Positions 49,094 to 58,683 are shown, numbered from the stretch's first letter. The stretch: 64,000 nt of DNA from an uncultured Holophagae bacterium (GCA_963754985.1 CAVWIJ010000001.1:97035-161034); one strand, 5' to 3'. The notes: generated by a model from the letters alone, not told the origin. Translations and numbers: made by a program.

Positions 49094-49989
49094 AGCAGCC
49101 GTCCGACGAGAACGATCAGCCCGGACAGGCCGGCGATCGCGGCCGCGATCAGGGCAAGCTTGGTCCACGACAGCGGAGTCACTCCCCAGACCTTGCCGGT
49201 CTGCCCGTTGACGACGAAGCGGACCAGTGGCTTGCGCGGGTGGTAGCGCAGCGCGACGACCCACACCGGCAGCAGGATGAGGTCGGCGGACTCATGGCGC
49301 AGCGTGGTGCGGCAGGTCGTGCCGCGGTGCGTGTCACCGGGCAGGAAGCTCTCGATGATCCCGGCAGCTCGCTGCCGAACCTCCTCGCGAGCGAGCCGGA
49401 GGCAATCATCACGGGCGAGGGACGGCTCCTCCGCGATCCAGCCGGACAGCAGGGCTGGCGAGTAGCCGACCAGCGCCGCGAGGTCGAACGGCTCGATGGC
49501 CTCGAGCTCGGCGTTGGCAAGGCCGCGCGAGGCCGTCACCACGGTGTCGGTGACGTAGGACGCGTGCCGGCCCGCGAGGTCGCGGTACTCGATCTCGCGC
49601 ACCCGGCGCAACCGCTTCGAGGACAGGTCGATTTTTGTCCGCTCGTAGGCTTCACCGACCTTCGCGGAGTACTCAATGTCGACGGCAGCCGAGTAGAGAT
49701 AGGCCGGCAGGTAGATGCCCTGGACCCGCTCCGCCGCCGCCCGCCGCAGGCCCGACGGCGCCAGCCACTTGCCGCGCAGCCAGCTGCGGATCGCCGCGAT
49801 CGCCCGCCGCCGGTCGACCGAAAAACCTACCGTGAACACCGGGAGTGGCCGATCGGTTGTCGCCGGTCGATCCACCACCGACGGCGAGTCGCAGTAGGGA
49901 CAGCGCGCGGTTCGCAGCAGCGGCTCGATCAGGATGGTCGCTCCGCACGACGAGCACGCGATCTCGAGCTGCTGGCCCACTGTAGCCAC
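49090..49989 (-). CDS. zinc-ribbon, C-terminally membrane-anchored protein (paralogue A)
   Basis: CSSCGATILIEPLLRTARCPYC is the ribbon. LPVWVVALRYHPRKPLVRFVVNGQTGKVWGVTPLS precedes the C-terminal TM helix LALIAAAIAGLSGLIVLV. Confidence 0.78.
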   Translation of the reverse strand: MATVGQQLEIACSSCGATILIEPLLRTARCPYCDSPSVVDRPATTDRPLPVFTVGFSVDRRRAIAAIRSWLRGKWLAPSGLRRAAAERVQGIYLPAYLYSAAVDIEYSAKVGEAYERTKIDLSSKRLRRVREIEYRDLAGRHASYVTDTVVTASRGLANAELEAIEPFDLAALVGYSPALLSGWIAEEPSLARDDCLRLAREEVRQRAAGIIESFLPGDTHRGTTCRTTLRHESADLILLPVWVVALRYHPRKPLVRFVVNGQTGKVWGVTPLSWTKLALIAAAIAGLSGLIVLVGRLL

Positions 49990-50244
49990 GGCGATCAGTC
50001 TACCCGGAGACGAGGCCCGGGTTCGGCGACCGGAGGGAAGCCGTCTCGAAGCCGGCTCGACCGGGCGGTCGACCAGGCGCCCGGGCGATCGCGGAAAGCT
50101 GGACCCGCGCCGAGATGCCGCCCGATTCTCGGGGCAGCGGGGCAGCGATGGACGAGCACCTGGTGCATCGCTCCCGGTCAGTCACGCTCGAATTCGGGTC
50201 CGCGGCTCGGCAGTGCGCGCGGCGTATTCCCAAATTCCGAGCAG

Positions 50245-50282
50245 TTCACTAGGAATAGTTACCATCTATATGACTATAGTCA
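50245..50282 (+). promoter_or_regulatory. AT-rich island with 12-bp perfect palindrome upstream of the cytochrome pair (putative promoter/operator)
   Basis: TTCACTAGGAATAGTTACCATCTATATGACTATAGTCA is locally AT-rich in a ~70% GC context. It contains TGACTATAGTCA (50271-50282) and TATAGT/TATATG -10-like hexamers. It lies ~85 nt upstream of the cytochrome start and in the divergent intergenic region shared with 49989. Confidence 0.4.
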
Positions 50283-50365
50283 CATTCGCGACTGAAGCCG
50301 ACAGCTAGTGTCGGGAGGGGAGATCCGGATGCGCATCAGGAATCAGGTTGGGGGAGGGGTTGGTG

Positions 50366-51861
50366 ATGGCAGTGGAGTCGATGCGCCACACAGCTGCGAT
50401 GTTCCTCGGACTCGCGATCTGCGGCGCTGCCAGCCTGGAAGGCTACGAACGGTACAGCCAGAACGACGACGCCACCTGGTGCCGGGAGTGTCACGGCGAC
50501 TTCCGGGCCACGAACTATGTGTCGCTGGTTGACGGACTTCCCTGGGGCAACCTCCACAACGTGCATCGCTCGACCATGCTCGGCAGTGACTGCGAGGCCT
50601 GCCACATCGGCAGCTCGCGACTGCCGGTCTACCTCGACCAGTCGACCGGTGGCATCGGACTCGAGCCCGTATCGTGTGTCGGCTGCCATGGCGTCAACCC
50701 GTCGCCGGGCAATCCGAGCACGGGCCTGTGGGGAGCCGGCCTGCGCGCTCACCACACCAACGCCGGGGTCGGTCCCGACTCCGACGGGCTTCGCTGCCTG
50801 GACTGCCACAGCAACGATCCGCCGCCGCCGCCCGAGAACGTGCCCCCGTCATACTACTTCTCACCCGACCCGGCCCATCCGAGCAAGCCGACCAACCCCT
50901 GCAACCCGGCGCCGGGGTTCCCGGAGCACTATGCCGCGAGTGTGATCGGCCTCGATAACGACGGCGACCTGCTCTACGACGAGGTCGATCTGAGCTGTGC
51001 GGCAGTACCGACCAGCACGCCGACACCGACCTCCGTGCCTCCCCCGACGAGCACGCCCACCAGAACTCCGACGGCAACGGTAACACCCACCCCGACCGTC
51101 ACGCCGACGGCGACCCGCACCGCAACCACAACTCCGAGCGCGACCACGACCAGCACGCCGACTCGAACTCCCACGAGCACCCCAACGAGCACGGCGACGG
51201 CGACGGCGACGGCGACCCGACGCTCGACACGCCGACGCCGACACCAACCAGAACGCCAACGAGCACGTCCACGAACACCGCCACCGCAACGGCGACGCCG
51301 AGCGCGACCACGACCTCGACGCCGACCCGAACGCCAACGAACAGCGCGACCAGCACCCAGACCAGCACACCCACACCGACGCCGACGACAACCCCGACGA
51401 GCACCCCGACCGCGACGGCGCCGCCGGGCGCCACGCCGACCCATACGCCGACCAACACGCCGACCCGAACGCCAACCAACACAGCGACCGGCACCCCGAC
51501 CAGCACGCCGACTCGAACACCAACGAGCACCCCCACGAGCACCGCGACCGCGACGCCGAGCTCGACGCCGACCAGCACACCGACTCACACCCCCACTTCG
51601 ACGGCGACGAGCACACCGACGCGGACCCCGACCGCATCGGCAACCCCGAGCCCGTCGCCGACCGGCACGGCCACGCCGACACCATCCCCCACCAACACAT
51701 CGACCCCGACGACGACCCCGCCGTCGCCCACGGTCACTTCGACTCCGACCGCCACACCGACTCCTGGCCCACCGCTGATCTTCAGCGACGGCTTCGAGTC
51801 CGGGGATCTTTCGGCGTGGAGCGAGGGCCACACCCTCAGGGTTTTGAGGATCACGGGATGA
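50366..51861 (+). CDS. secreted tetraheme c-type cytochrome with ~255-aa Pro/Thr linker and conserved C-terminal tail (copy 1); one frame disruption near 51215
   Basis: Signal peptide [26 protein letters not shown]. Four CxxCH motifs (WCRECH, CEACH, CVGCH, CLDCH) and a DNDGD motif. The PT-rich linker continues in the -1 frame after (ACGGCG)4 at 51191-51214. The true end is [30 protein letters not shown], with the stop at 51859-51861. The Arg/Pro-rich tail of track ORF 50348..51778 is an out-of-frame reading. Confidence 0.85.
51005..51772 (+). repeat. Pro/Thr-codon low-complexity coding repeat (linker of cytochrome copy 1)
   Basis: A continuous run of ACN/CCN codons ([27 protein letters not shown]...), including a perfect (ACGGCG)4. 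Confidence 0.85.
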
Positions 51862-51970
51862 CCGGGATCGTCCTCGGTGCATCGCGCGCGCCGCGTCGGC
51901 CGCACGGCACGGGCGGCGAAGCGCGGTCCGCCGGTCAACCACCTCGTTTCATCGAGAAAGTGAGGCTGCC

Positions 51971-52903
51971 ATGAGAGTATTTCGTTTGAACGCCGCCGCG
52001 GCGGCGCTGCTCGCCGTTGCGATCACCGGCGTCACCACCGTGCACGGCTACGAGCGGTACAGCCAGAACGACGACGCCACCTGGTGCCGGGCGTGCCACG
52101 GCGACTTCCGGGCCGACAACTACGTGTCGCTGTCCGACGGGCAGCCGTGGGGCAACCTCCACGAGGTCCACCGATCCACGATGCTCAGCGGGGACTGCGA
52201 CGCCTGTCACATCGGGAGCTCGCGGTTGCCGGTGTACCTCGATCAGTCCACCGGCGGCGACGGGCTGGAGCCCAAGTCCTGCGTCGGCTGCCACGGCGCC
52301 AACCCTTCACCGGGCAACCCGAGCACGGGCCTGTGGGGAGCCGGGCTCAGGGCTCACCACGCCAACGCCGGGATCGCCAGCTGCGCGACCTGCCACTCCG
52401 GCGACCCGACCCCGCCGGCCGAGAACGTGCTCCCGTCGTACTACTTCTCGCCCGACCCGGCCCATCCGAGCAAGCCGACGGATCCCTGCAACCCGGCACC
52501 CGGCTTTCCGGAGCACTATGCGGCCAGCGTGATCGGCCTCGACAACGACGGCGACCTGGTCTACGACGAGGCCGACCCGAACTGCGGGGTGCCTCCCACC
52601 GCGACGCCGACGAGAACGCCGACCCGCACACCGACGCCCACTGCGACCAGGACGCCGACCGCGACGCCGACCGGCCCGCCGACCTTCACGCCGACCCCAA
52701 CACCGACGCCCACGGCAACCGGCACGCCGCCCCCACCGACCTTCACGCCGACCCGGACCGCAACCCCGACCGTGACGCCGACCCCGACCCCTGATCCGGA
52801 CCTGCTGTTCGGGGATGGCTTCGAGTCCGGCGACATCTCGGCGTGGAGTGGTGGAGTGAAGGCCGCCGCCGTGGCGGCGGCGGGGGACGCCAATCCGCTC
52901 TGA
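51971..52903 (+). CDS. secreted tetraheme c-type cytochrome with ~70-aa Pro/Thr linker and conserved C-terminal tail (copy 2)
   Basis: Signal peptide [26 protein letters not shown]. Four CxxCH motifs (WCRACH, CDACH, CVGCH, CATCH) and DNDGD. The PT linker is at 52589-52798, followed by [18 protein letters not shown]. About 80% identical to copy 1 over the heme domain, by eye. Confidence 0.9.
   Translation: MRVFRLNAAAAALLAVAITGVTTVHGYERYSQNDDATWCRACHGDFRADNYVSLSDGQPWGNLHEVHRSTMLSGDCDACHIGSSRLPVYLDQSTGGDGLEPKSCVGCHGANPSPGNPSTGLWGAGLRAHHANAGIASCATCHSGDPTPPAENVLPSYYFSPDPAHPSKPTDPCNPAPGFPEHYAASVIGLDNDGDLVYDEADPNCGVPPTATPTRTPTRTPTPTATRTPTATPTGPPTFTPTPTPTPTATGTPPPPTFTPTRTATPTVTPTPTPDPDLLFGDGFESGDISAWSGGVKAAAVAAAGDANPL
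52589..52798 (+). repeat. Pro/Thr-codon low-complexity coding repeat (linker of cytochrome copy 2)
   Basis: [67 protein letters not shown]. Confidence 0.85.
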
Positions 52904-53114
52904 CCTCGCTCGCCGACCGCACCGTGCTTCTCGTCGTCGGTGTCGAGGCGCTGGTAGCTGGGCTTCCCTGACGGCGAGGTCATCGGCGCCTGCCGCAGTG
53001 AGCGCACAGTTGGCGTTCGCCGGGCCGGCTCCTGCCAGCCCAGTCGGTTGACATCACCAGCGAGCCTCCCTAACGTGTCCGTGGACAGTACTGAAAACGC
53101 GGTCGGAGGCCAGC

Positions 53115-56100
53115 ATGACTCGGAAGGCGCTCGGATCGGTCGGTTCGAGGCATTTTGGTGTTCTGTTCCTGCTCGCGGTCATCGCCGCCGGCGCTCTTCT
53201 GGTGACCGCCTCGGGCCGCGAGGCCGCTCCGCCGGCGGGAAACGCCGGACCCGCCGCGGCGAAGCTGCTCGTGCAAGGCTCCACGCTGTTTCTGCCCGGC
53301 GCAGCGCACGTCACAGGAGCCGCCGATACCAACTGGCGGACCGACCTCGAGGTGTACAACAACGGAGCGGTCATGGCCCAGTACGAGATCGCCCTGCTCG
53401 AGCGGGACCAGGCCAATCTCCAGCCGGCCACCGCCACCTTCAGCCTGCAGCCGGGGCGCTCGGTGCGCTACAACGACGTCCTGTGGACGGTGTTCGGGTT
53501 CAACGGATCGGCGGCGCTGCGAGTCTCGGCGCTGAGCGGCGCGGTGATGGTCTCGAGCCGCACCTACAACCAGACCGCAATCGGCACCTACGGCCAGTAC
53601 ATCGGCGGCGCGTTGGAGTCGCGGGCGATCGCGTTCGGGCAGCAGGGCCGCATCATCCAGCTCACCCACAATCAGGGCACCACCATCGGCTACCGAACCA
53701 ACGTCGGCTTCGTCAACACAACGTCGTCACCGATGGTCGTACGGGTCGACCTGTTCACGTCGGACGGCGTCCTTCTGGGGACGAGGTCGTACAACCTCGA
53801 GGCGTTCATGTTCACCCAGAAGGAGCGCATCTTCGGCTCGGTGACCCAGGGCGACGTCAGCGACGGCTACGTCGTGGTCTGGACCGAGACCCCGGGTGCC
53901 GGCTTCTTCGCGTACGCCTCAGTGGTCGACAATCGGACCGGCGATCCGATCTACATCCCGGCCTCGGTGATGGGGGGATCGACCCAGCCGACCCCAACTC
54001 CGACCCGCACCACGACCGGCACGCAGCCGTCGACGCCGACGCCGACCCGCACCCCGACGCGCACGATGACGCGCACGCCGACCAGTCACGCCGACCCAAC
54101 CCGGAGCAGGGTTCAACCTGCGCCCCTACCAGCCGTCAGGATGGGACGGCCCCGCTCGTCGCGTCCGGGCAGGCGGGGACCCACACCTCGGGCGGGCTCG
54201 TCGGCGGAAGCCCCACCTACATGGATGTCGCCTTTGCCAACGACGGTCCGGACAGCGTGTTTGTTCCCGCGAACAGCGATCTGGTCGAGATTCTGTTTGA
54301 CGGCACCTCGATCGGGTACCTTCGAAATCAGAATGCGTTCGATTTGCCGGCGGCGCCAACCTATGTCTACTGGGAGGATGTGCAGATCAACGGCGTTTCT
54401 GCTGGCCAACATACCTTCACAATGGTGGTCGATCCGCTGGACATCTTCACAGAGAGCAACGAAGGGGACAACAGCTACATCTACACCGGGACCTGGAGCG
54501 GCCTCAAGGCAGGGGGCATCGCAGTACCGAAGCCACACCTCCTGGACGGCGACCAGATGCGGTTGGCGCCGATCCCGGACCACGCGGGCGACACGCTCTG
54601 GGGCCGTCCGGTCGAGGAGTACGCGCAGAAGCGCGCCCTCGTGCCCCACGGCAGGACGGGGGTTCGCGTCGGCGGAACGAAGCTGGTCGGCGAGACGGTG
54701 TACATCGCAGCCACCGCGCACGTGGCCGGTGCTGCGGGAACGAACTGGCGGACCGATCTCGAGCTCCACAACCCGGGGTCGACCCAGGGCCAGTACCAGA
54801 TCGCGCTCCTGCGGCGCGACGAGAACAACGCGTCGCCGGCGACGGCGGTGTTCTCGGTGCCCGCCCAGCGTTGCCTCCGCCTCGCGGATGTGCTGTTCAA
54901 CGTCTTCGGGTTCACGGGAGGGGCGGCGCTGCGCGTCACGCCGCTGAGCGGCGATGTGATGGTGACCAGCCGGACCTACAACCTGACCGACCAGGGGACC
55001 TACGGCCAGTTCATCGGTGGCAAGGCCGAGTCGGAAGCGATCGATCACGGCGAGGACGGCGTCGTCATCCAGCTCTCCCAACAGCCGGGCACGGCCAGCG
55101 GCTACCGGACCAATCTCGGCTTCGTGAGCAGCGTCGGCTCCCAGATCACGGTGGCCGCCGACATCTACCGGTCCACCGGGGAGCTGCTGGGCACCCAGAG
55201 CTACACCCTGCCGCCCTATGGGTACAAGCAGGTCGATCGGATCTTCCAGTCCGTGACCCAGGGTGAGGTCGCCGACGGCTACATCGTGGTCCGGACCACC
55301 ACGCCGGGAGGTCGCTTCTTCGCGTACGCCTCGGTCGTGGACAACGCGACGGGCGACCCGATCTTCATTCCGGCGACCATGCGCGCTGGTGGCGGCCCGC
55401 CGCAGACGCCGACGCCGACGCCGACCCTCGGCCCCGCCGTGCCGCTCGACCCGCTGGTCGTCGTGCAGGAGCTGTTCGACTGGCTCGCCACCGTCGGCCA
55501 GGGCGACGTCATGAGCTTCGAGGAGGCGGCGGCGCAGATCCAGACCTATGGCCTGCAGGCGGCGCTCAATCAGGTTGCCATCGATCTGCCGGGGGTGGTC
55601 ACGGTCGGTCCGTACAGCCTGCAGTTCGACTTCCCGCCCGGCTACGTGTCACCGGACGGCTACGAGGTCAGCGGGCTGGCCGACGTCAGCTTCACGAGCG
55701 TCAACACCAACGCCCCCAACCTCTCCGCCGACTTCTCGGGCGGCCAGCAGGGCCTCCGCGTGAACGGCGGCGCCTTCATGATCGAGAACGCGAGCGGGAG
55801 CATCGACCTGGCGACCGATGCGCAGGGCCACGTGCAGGGCGCCGTGACCTTCAGCGGAACCGGCGACATCCCGTTCCTCAAGTCGGCGAGCACGATCGAC
55901 GGCGACATCCAGGTGGACACCGAGATCTGCCCGAACTACCCGATCGGCGGCCAGATCGTCCTCCAGCGCGAGGAGGGCCGGCACGAGTTCAACTTCGACG
56001 ACTGCGTGCGACGGCACCTTCGTCTACATCGGGCCGGGGCAGACCGGCGCGCTGGCGTTCCGGCTGCGCTGGCAGGGCCCGCAGGACATCGACCTCTACG

Positions 56101-56409
56101 TGCGGGAGCCCAACGGCGAGGTGATCTACTACGGCTTCCCGGTGTCGACCACGGGAGGACAGCTCGACGTCGACGCCAACGCCGGCTGCAGCGGGCCGGA
56201 CCCGGACCCGACCGAGAATGTCTTCTGGCCGGAAGGCATGGCGCCCGCTGGAACCTACCAGTTCTGGGCGGATCTGTGGTCGGACCTGCGACGGGTCGGA
56301 AACGCCGGCGGTCACGCTCTATGTGATCCGAGCCGGGGTCATCGACCGCACGATCAACACCTCGATCTCGGGCGGCCAGACCGCGACCTACGACTACCAG
56401 TACCCGTGA
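53115..56409 (+). pseudogene. ~1100-aa mosaic secreted protein (two copies of the recurrent ~220-aa domain, CARDB-like segment, YfaP/DUF2135-like C-terminal domain), at least 4 frame disruptions
   Basis: The N-terminal anchor/signal is MTRKALGSVGSRHFGVLFLLAVIAAGALLV. Domain copy 1 is at 53283-53964, followed by a PT linker. GAGFNLRPYQPSGWDGP sits in a second frame and LVASGQAGTHTSGG...NEGDNSY in a third. Domain copy 2 is at 54698-55382. The C-terminus, reconstructed across shifts near 56005 and 56290, reads CDGTFVYIGPGQTGALAFRLRWQGPQDIDLYVREPNGEVIYYGFPVSTTGGQLDVDANAGC...ENVFWPEG...TYQFWADLWSD|CDGSETPAVTLYVIRAGVIDRTINTSISGGQTATYDYQYP. The stop is at 56407-56409. Confidence 0.8.
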
Positions 56410-56422
56410 TGGCGACGTGATG

Positions 56423-56455
56423 ACGGGGACCCCGCAGCCCGAGCGCGGGGTCCCC
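56423..56455. terminator. 13-bp perfect-stem hairpin between convergent genes (putative bidirectional terminator)
   Basis: ACGGGGACCCCGC-AGCCCGA-GCGGGGTCCCCGT lies 14 nt after the stop at 56409. Only a weak T-run follows. Confidence 0.5.
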
Positions 56456-56559
56456 GTTCTGCACTCCGGTGGTGTCCGTGTTCACTCGTGACGGGAGCGT
56501 GGCAGCACTCCGGGCGGATGCGGATCACATCGCTCACGAGGTCATTCGACGCGGAGGTG

Positions 56560-57708
56560 TTACTCGGGGTGGACGCGGCGGCGGGCCGCGATCTTGAGGC
56601 TCTCCCACATCAGCCAGCCGCGCATCGCCGCACCCTTGAGCCGGCCGTGGCGGTGGTCGATGCGCGCGAGGCTCCAGTCGATCAACGTGCCTGGCGGAGT
56701 GAGCTGGTCGGTCACGGGCCGCGACACGAGCCGGATCGCATCGAAGGAGCAGGACAGCGCGCACACACCGCAGCCGATGCACCGCGTCCGGAGTCGACCA
56801 CGTAGCCGTCGTCGCCGGCGCTGATCGCCTCGACCGGGCAGCGGCCGCCGTCGCAGTCGCCGCACTCCGAGCAGAGCTCGCGGTCGATGACGGACACGTA
56901 GTTGGAGCGGGCGAGCATGTAGGGTGCGCCATGGTCGTTCACGGCGCGCAGGAAGCCGCAGCAGCAGGAGCAGCAGTTGCAGACGAAGAACGGCTCCCGC
57001 TGGACGTTATAGGTGCAGTGGACGAGGCCCTCCTCCTCGAGGCGATCGAGCAGCTCCAGGGCCTCCTGGCGGGTGATCTCGCGCCCCCACTCGGGCATGC
57101 CCTCGTAGGCGTTCGGCTCCTTCGAGAACGACATGCAGGTCTCGCTCGTGTGGCTGCAGGGTTTGCCGAGCAGGGCCTGCTCCTTGCGGCACAGGCAGTC
57201 GGCAACGCGGAACGAATTGCAGCGCCTCGAGCATCACCTTGAGGTCGTCGTAGGGCAGGACCTCGGCGCGGGCCTCGATGCGGCGGTGGACGGGGACGAC
57301 GCGGGCGAGCGCGGGCGCCACCGATCCGAGGGTGCCGAGCAGAACCGGCGCGTAGGCCTCGAAGAGCTCCGCGAGCTCGCGGTCGAGGTGGTTGAGCTGG
57401 AACTCCCAGATGCCGACGATGAACGGTGCGAGCCCGTAGTAGCGGCGGCCTCGCAGCCGGAAGCTGAAGATCTGCCCGCGCTCGGCCATGCCATCGAGGG
57501 ACTCCCGCACCTCGCCGGTGGGCCGGCGGAGCCGGCGTCCGACCATGGCCGCGGTCTCGGGCAGCGGCTTGAGCCGCAGCGCCATCGCGGCATCCTCGGG
57601 CGAGAAGATCTTGCGCAGGATGGCGAGCTCGACACCACTGTCGGTGGCCGGGAAGCCGTGAGGCAGCCCGTCGAGCACCTTCGCCAGCCTCTGGTAGACG
57701 TCGGCCAT
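56560..57708 (-). pseudogene. 4Fe-4S dicluster/Cys-rich ferredoxin-like protein with N-terminal winged-helix-like region, 2 frame disruptions
   Basis: MADVYQRLAKVLDGLPHGFPATDSGVELAILRKIF..., then a shift near 57218 to NSFRVADCLCRKEQALLGKPCSHTSETCMSFSKEP...FFVCNCCSCCCGFL...CSECGDCDGGRCPVEAI, then a shift near 56785 to CIGCGVCALSCSFDAIRL. The gene is split in the track as 57007..57723, 56712..57134 and 56560..56865. Confidence 0.75.
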
Positions 57709-57776
57709 AGTCTCTCTTCGCACGTCAGTCGACCGGCCCGGCGCGGAGGCGCGCTGCGATCAACCGCGCGACACCG

Positions 57777-57914
57777 TCACTCCTCTGGCTCGCTGGGCCC
57801 GGCATCGCCCTCCTTCTTTTCGATCCGGCGCGCGCGCTTGTCGGCCTTCTTCTGCTGCTTCTCGACCTCTCGCCGCCGCTTCTCGAACTTGTAGGATCCG
57901 GTCTTGCGTGGCAC
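57777..57914 (-). CDS. possible 45-aa highly basic small protein
   Basis: Below the track size cut-off. GTG 57914 is preceded by GGAGGGAG. The protein is MPRKTGSYKFEKRRREVEKQQKKADKRARRIEKKEGDAGPSEPEE. No family recognised. Confidence 0.35.
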   Translation of the reverse strand: MPRKTGSYKFEKRRREVEKQQKKADKRARRIEKKEGDAGPSEPEE

Positions 57915-58132
57915 CAGCTCCCTCCCTTTTTGTCATGCCCGGCTCGCGGCCGCTCTCGGTCGCAGCGCGTTGCGGTCGCTGCAACCCGCCGCGAGTCGGC
58001 CAAGATGCGGTCCATGCTATCAGATCGGGGCATACCGCTTCGCCCGCGGCCGCCGGGTCCGCCGGTCCACCCCCGCGGCGAGGAGCGCCCGCTTTCACCG
58101 CGCCGCGAGTGATTCCACGACACCGATGATCC

Positions 58133-58235
58133 AGGATGCGCGCAGCGCATCCAGTTCGGAACGCGCAGGGCAAAGGCCAGACAACCTGCTCCGGCCCCGC
58201 ACCGCGTGTTGGGGCCTGCGACCTGCGCGTGCCGA
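58133..58235 (-). repeat. intergenic repeat family, copy C (inverted, ~103 bp, distal end diverged/truncated)
   Basis: AGGATGCGCGCAGCGCATCC is the exact reverse complement of the copy A/B terminal hairpin. The following AGTTCGGAACGCGCAGGGCAAAGGCCAG and GGCCTGCGACCTGCGCGTGCCGAA align to the reverse complement of copy A (TTCTCGGCGCGCGTGGGGCGTAGGCCAG and GGCCTACGACCCGCGTGCGCCGA). Confidence 0.6.
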
Positions 58236-58236
58236 A

Positions 58237-58263
58237 TAAAAAACCCCTCCGCGAGGGAGGGGT
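58237..58263 (-). terminator. rho-independent terminator of the RRM protein gene
   Basis: The reverse strand reads CCCCTCC-CTCGC-GGAGGGG followed by TTTTTT, 23 nt after the stop at 58286. Confidence 0.8.
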
Positions 58264-58285
58264 TCGAGCGGGATCGCTCAGATGC

Positions 58286-58549
58286 TTACCAGCGGTCGCG
58301 GCGCTTCTCCTGGGCAACGTCCACCCGGATGGTGCGGCCGTCGAGCTCGGTGTTGTTGAGCGCGGCGACCGCCTTGTCGGCGGCGTCGTCATCCTCGAAG
58401 GTCACGAACCCGAAGCCCCGAGAACGGCCCGAGTCGCGATCGCTGATGACCGCGGCCTCGGTGATCGTACCGAATGGCGAAAAGGCCTCGCGGAGGGCCC
58501 GCTCATCGGTGTTCCAACTCAGACTTCCAACAAACAGCTTCTTGGCCAT
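58286..58549 (-). CDS. RRM-type RNA-binding protein (glycine-poor Rbp)
   Basis: MAKKLFVGSLSWNTDERALREAFSPFGTITEAAVISDRDSGRSRGFGFVTFED carries RNP2 (LFVGSL) and RNP1 (RGFGFVTF). RBS AAAGGAGAG. Confidence 0.92.
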   Translation of the reverse strand: MAKKLFVGSLSWNTDERALREAFSPFGTITEAAVISDRDSGRSRGFGFVTFEDDDAADKAVAALNNTELDGRTIRVDVAQEKRRDRW

Positions 58550-58683
58550 GCTCTCTCTCTCTCCTTTGAGTCACCGCCCCTTCCGGGCGTGCTCGCGTCT
58601 CGAGTCACAGCGGGCCACCCGCCCGCCAAAGGCAGTTCAGCCACGGTGGCTGGACCAGGACATGTGATGATATCACCTTTCGC

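Noticed and set aside
51215-51778. Arg/Pro-rich tail ([31 protein letters not shown]...) of track ORF 50348..51778, which could be mistaken for a highly basic domain
   Set aside because: It is the Pro/Thr linker read one base out of frame. The neighbouring frame continues as TPTPT... and reaches the tail conserved with the paralogue at 52799-52849.
50861-51942. Minus-strand ORFs (VGVLVGV... and RRGRG... repeats) and the apparent periodic repeats, considered as a possible CRISPR-like array or repeat protein
   Set aside because: They are antisense or out-of-frame readings of the ACN/CCN codon repeat. There is no repeat-spacer architecture and no constant-length direct repeats, so this is not a CRISPR array.
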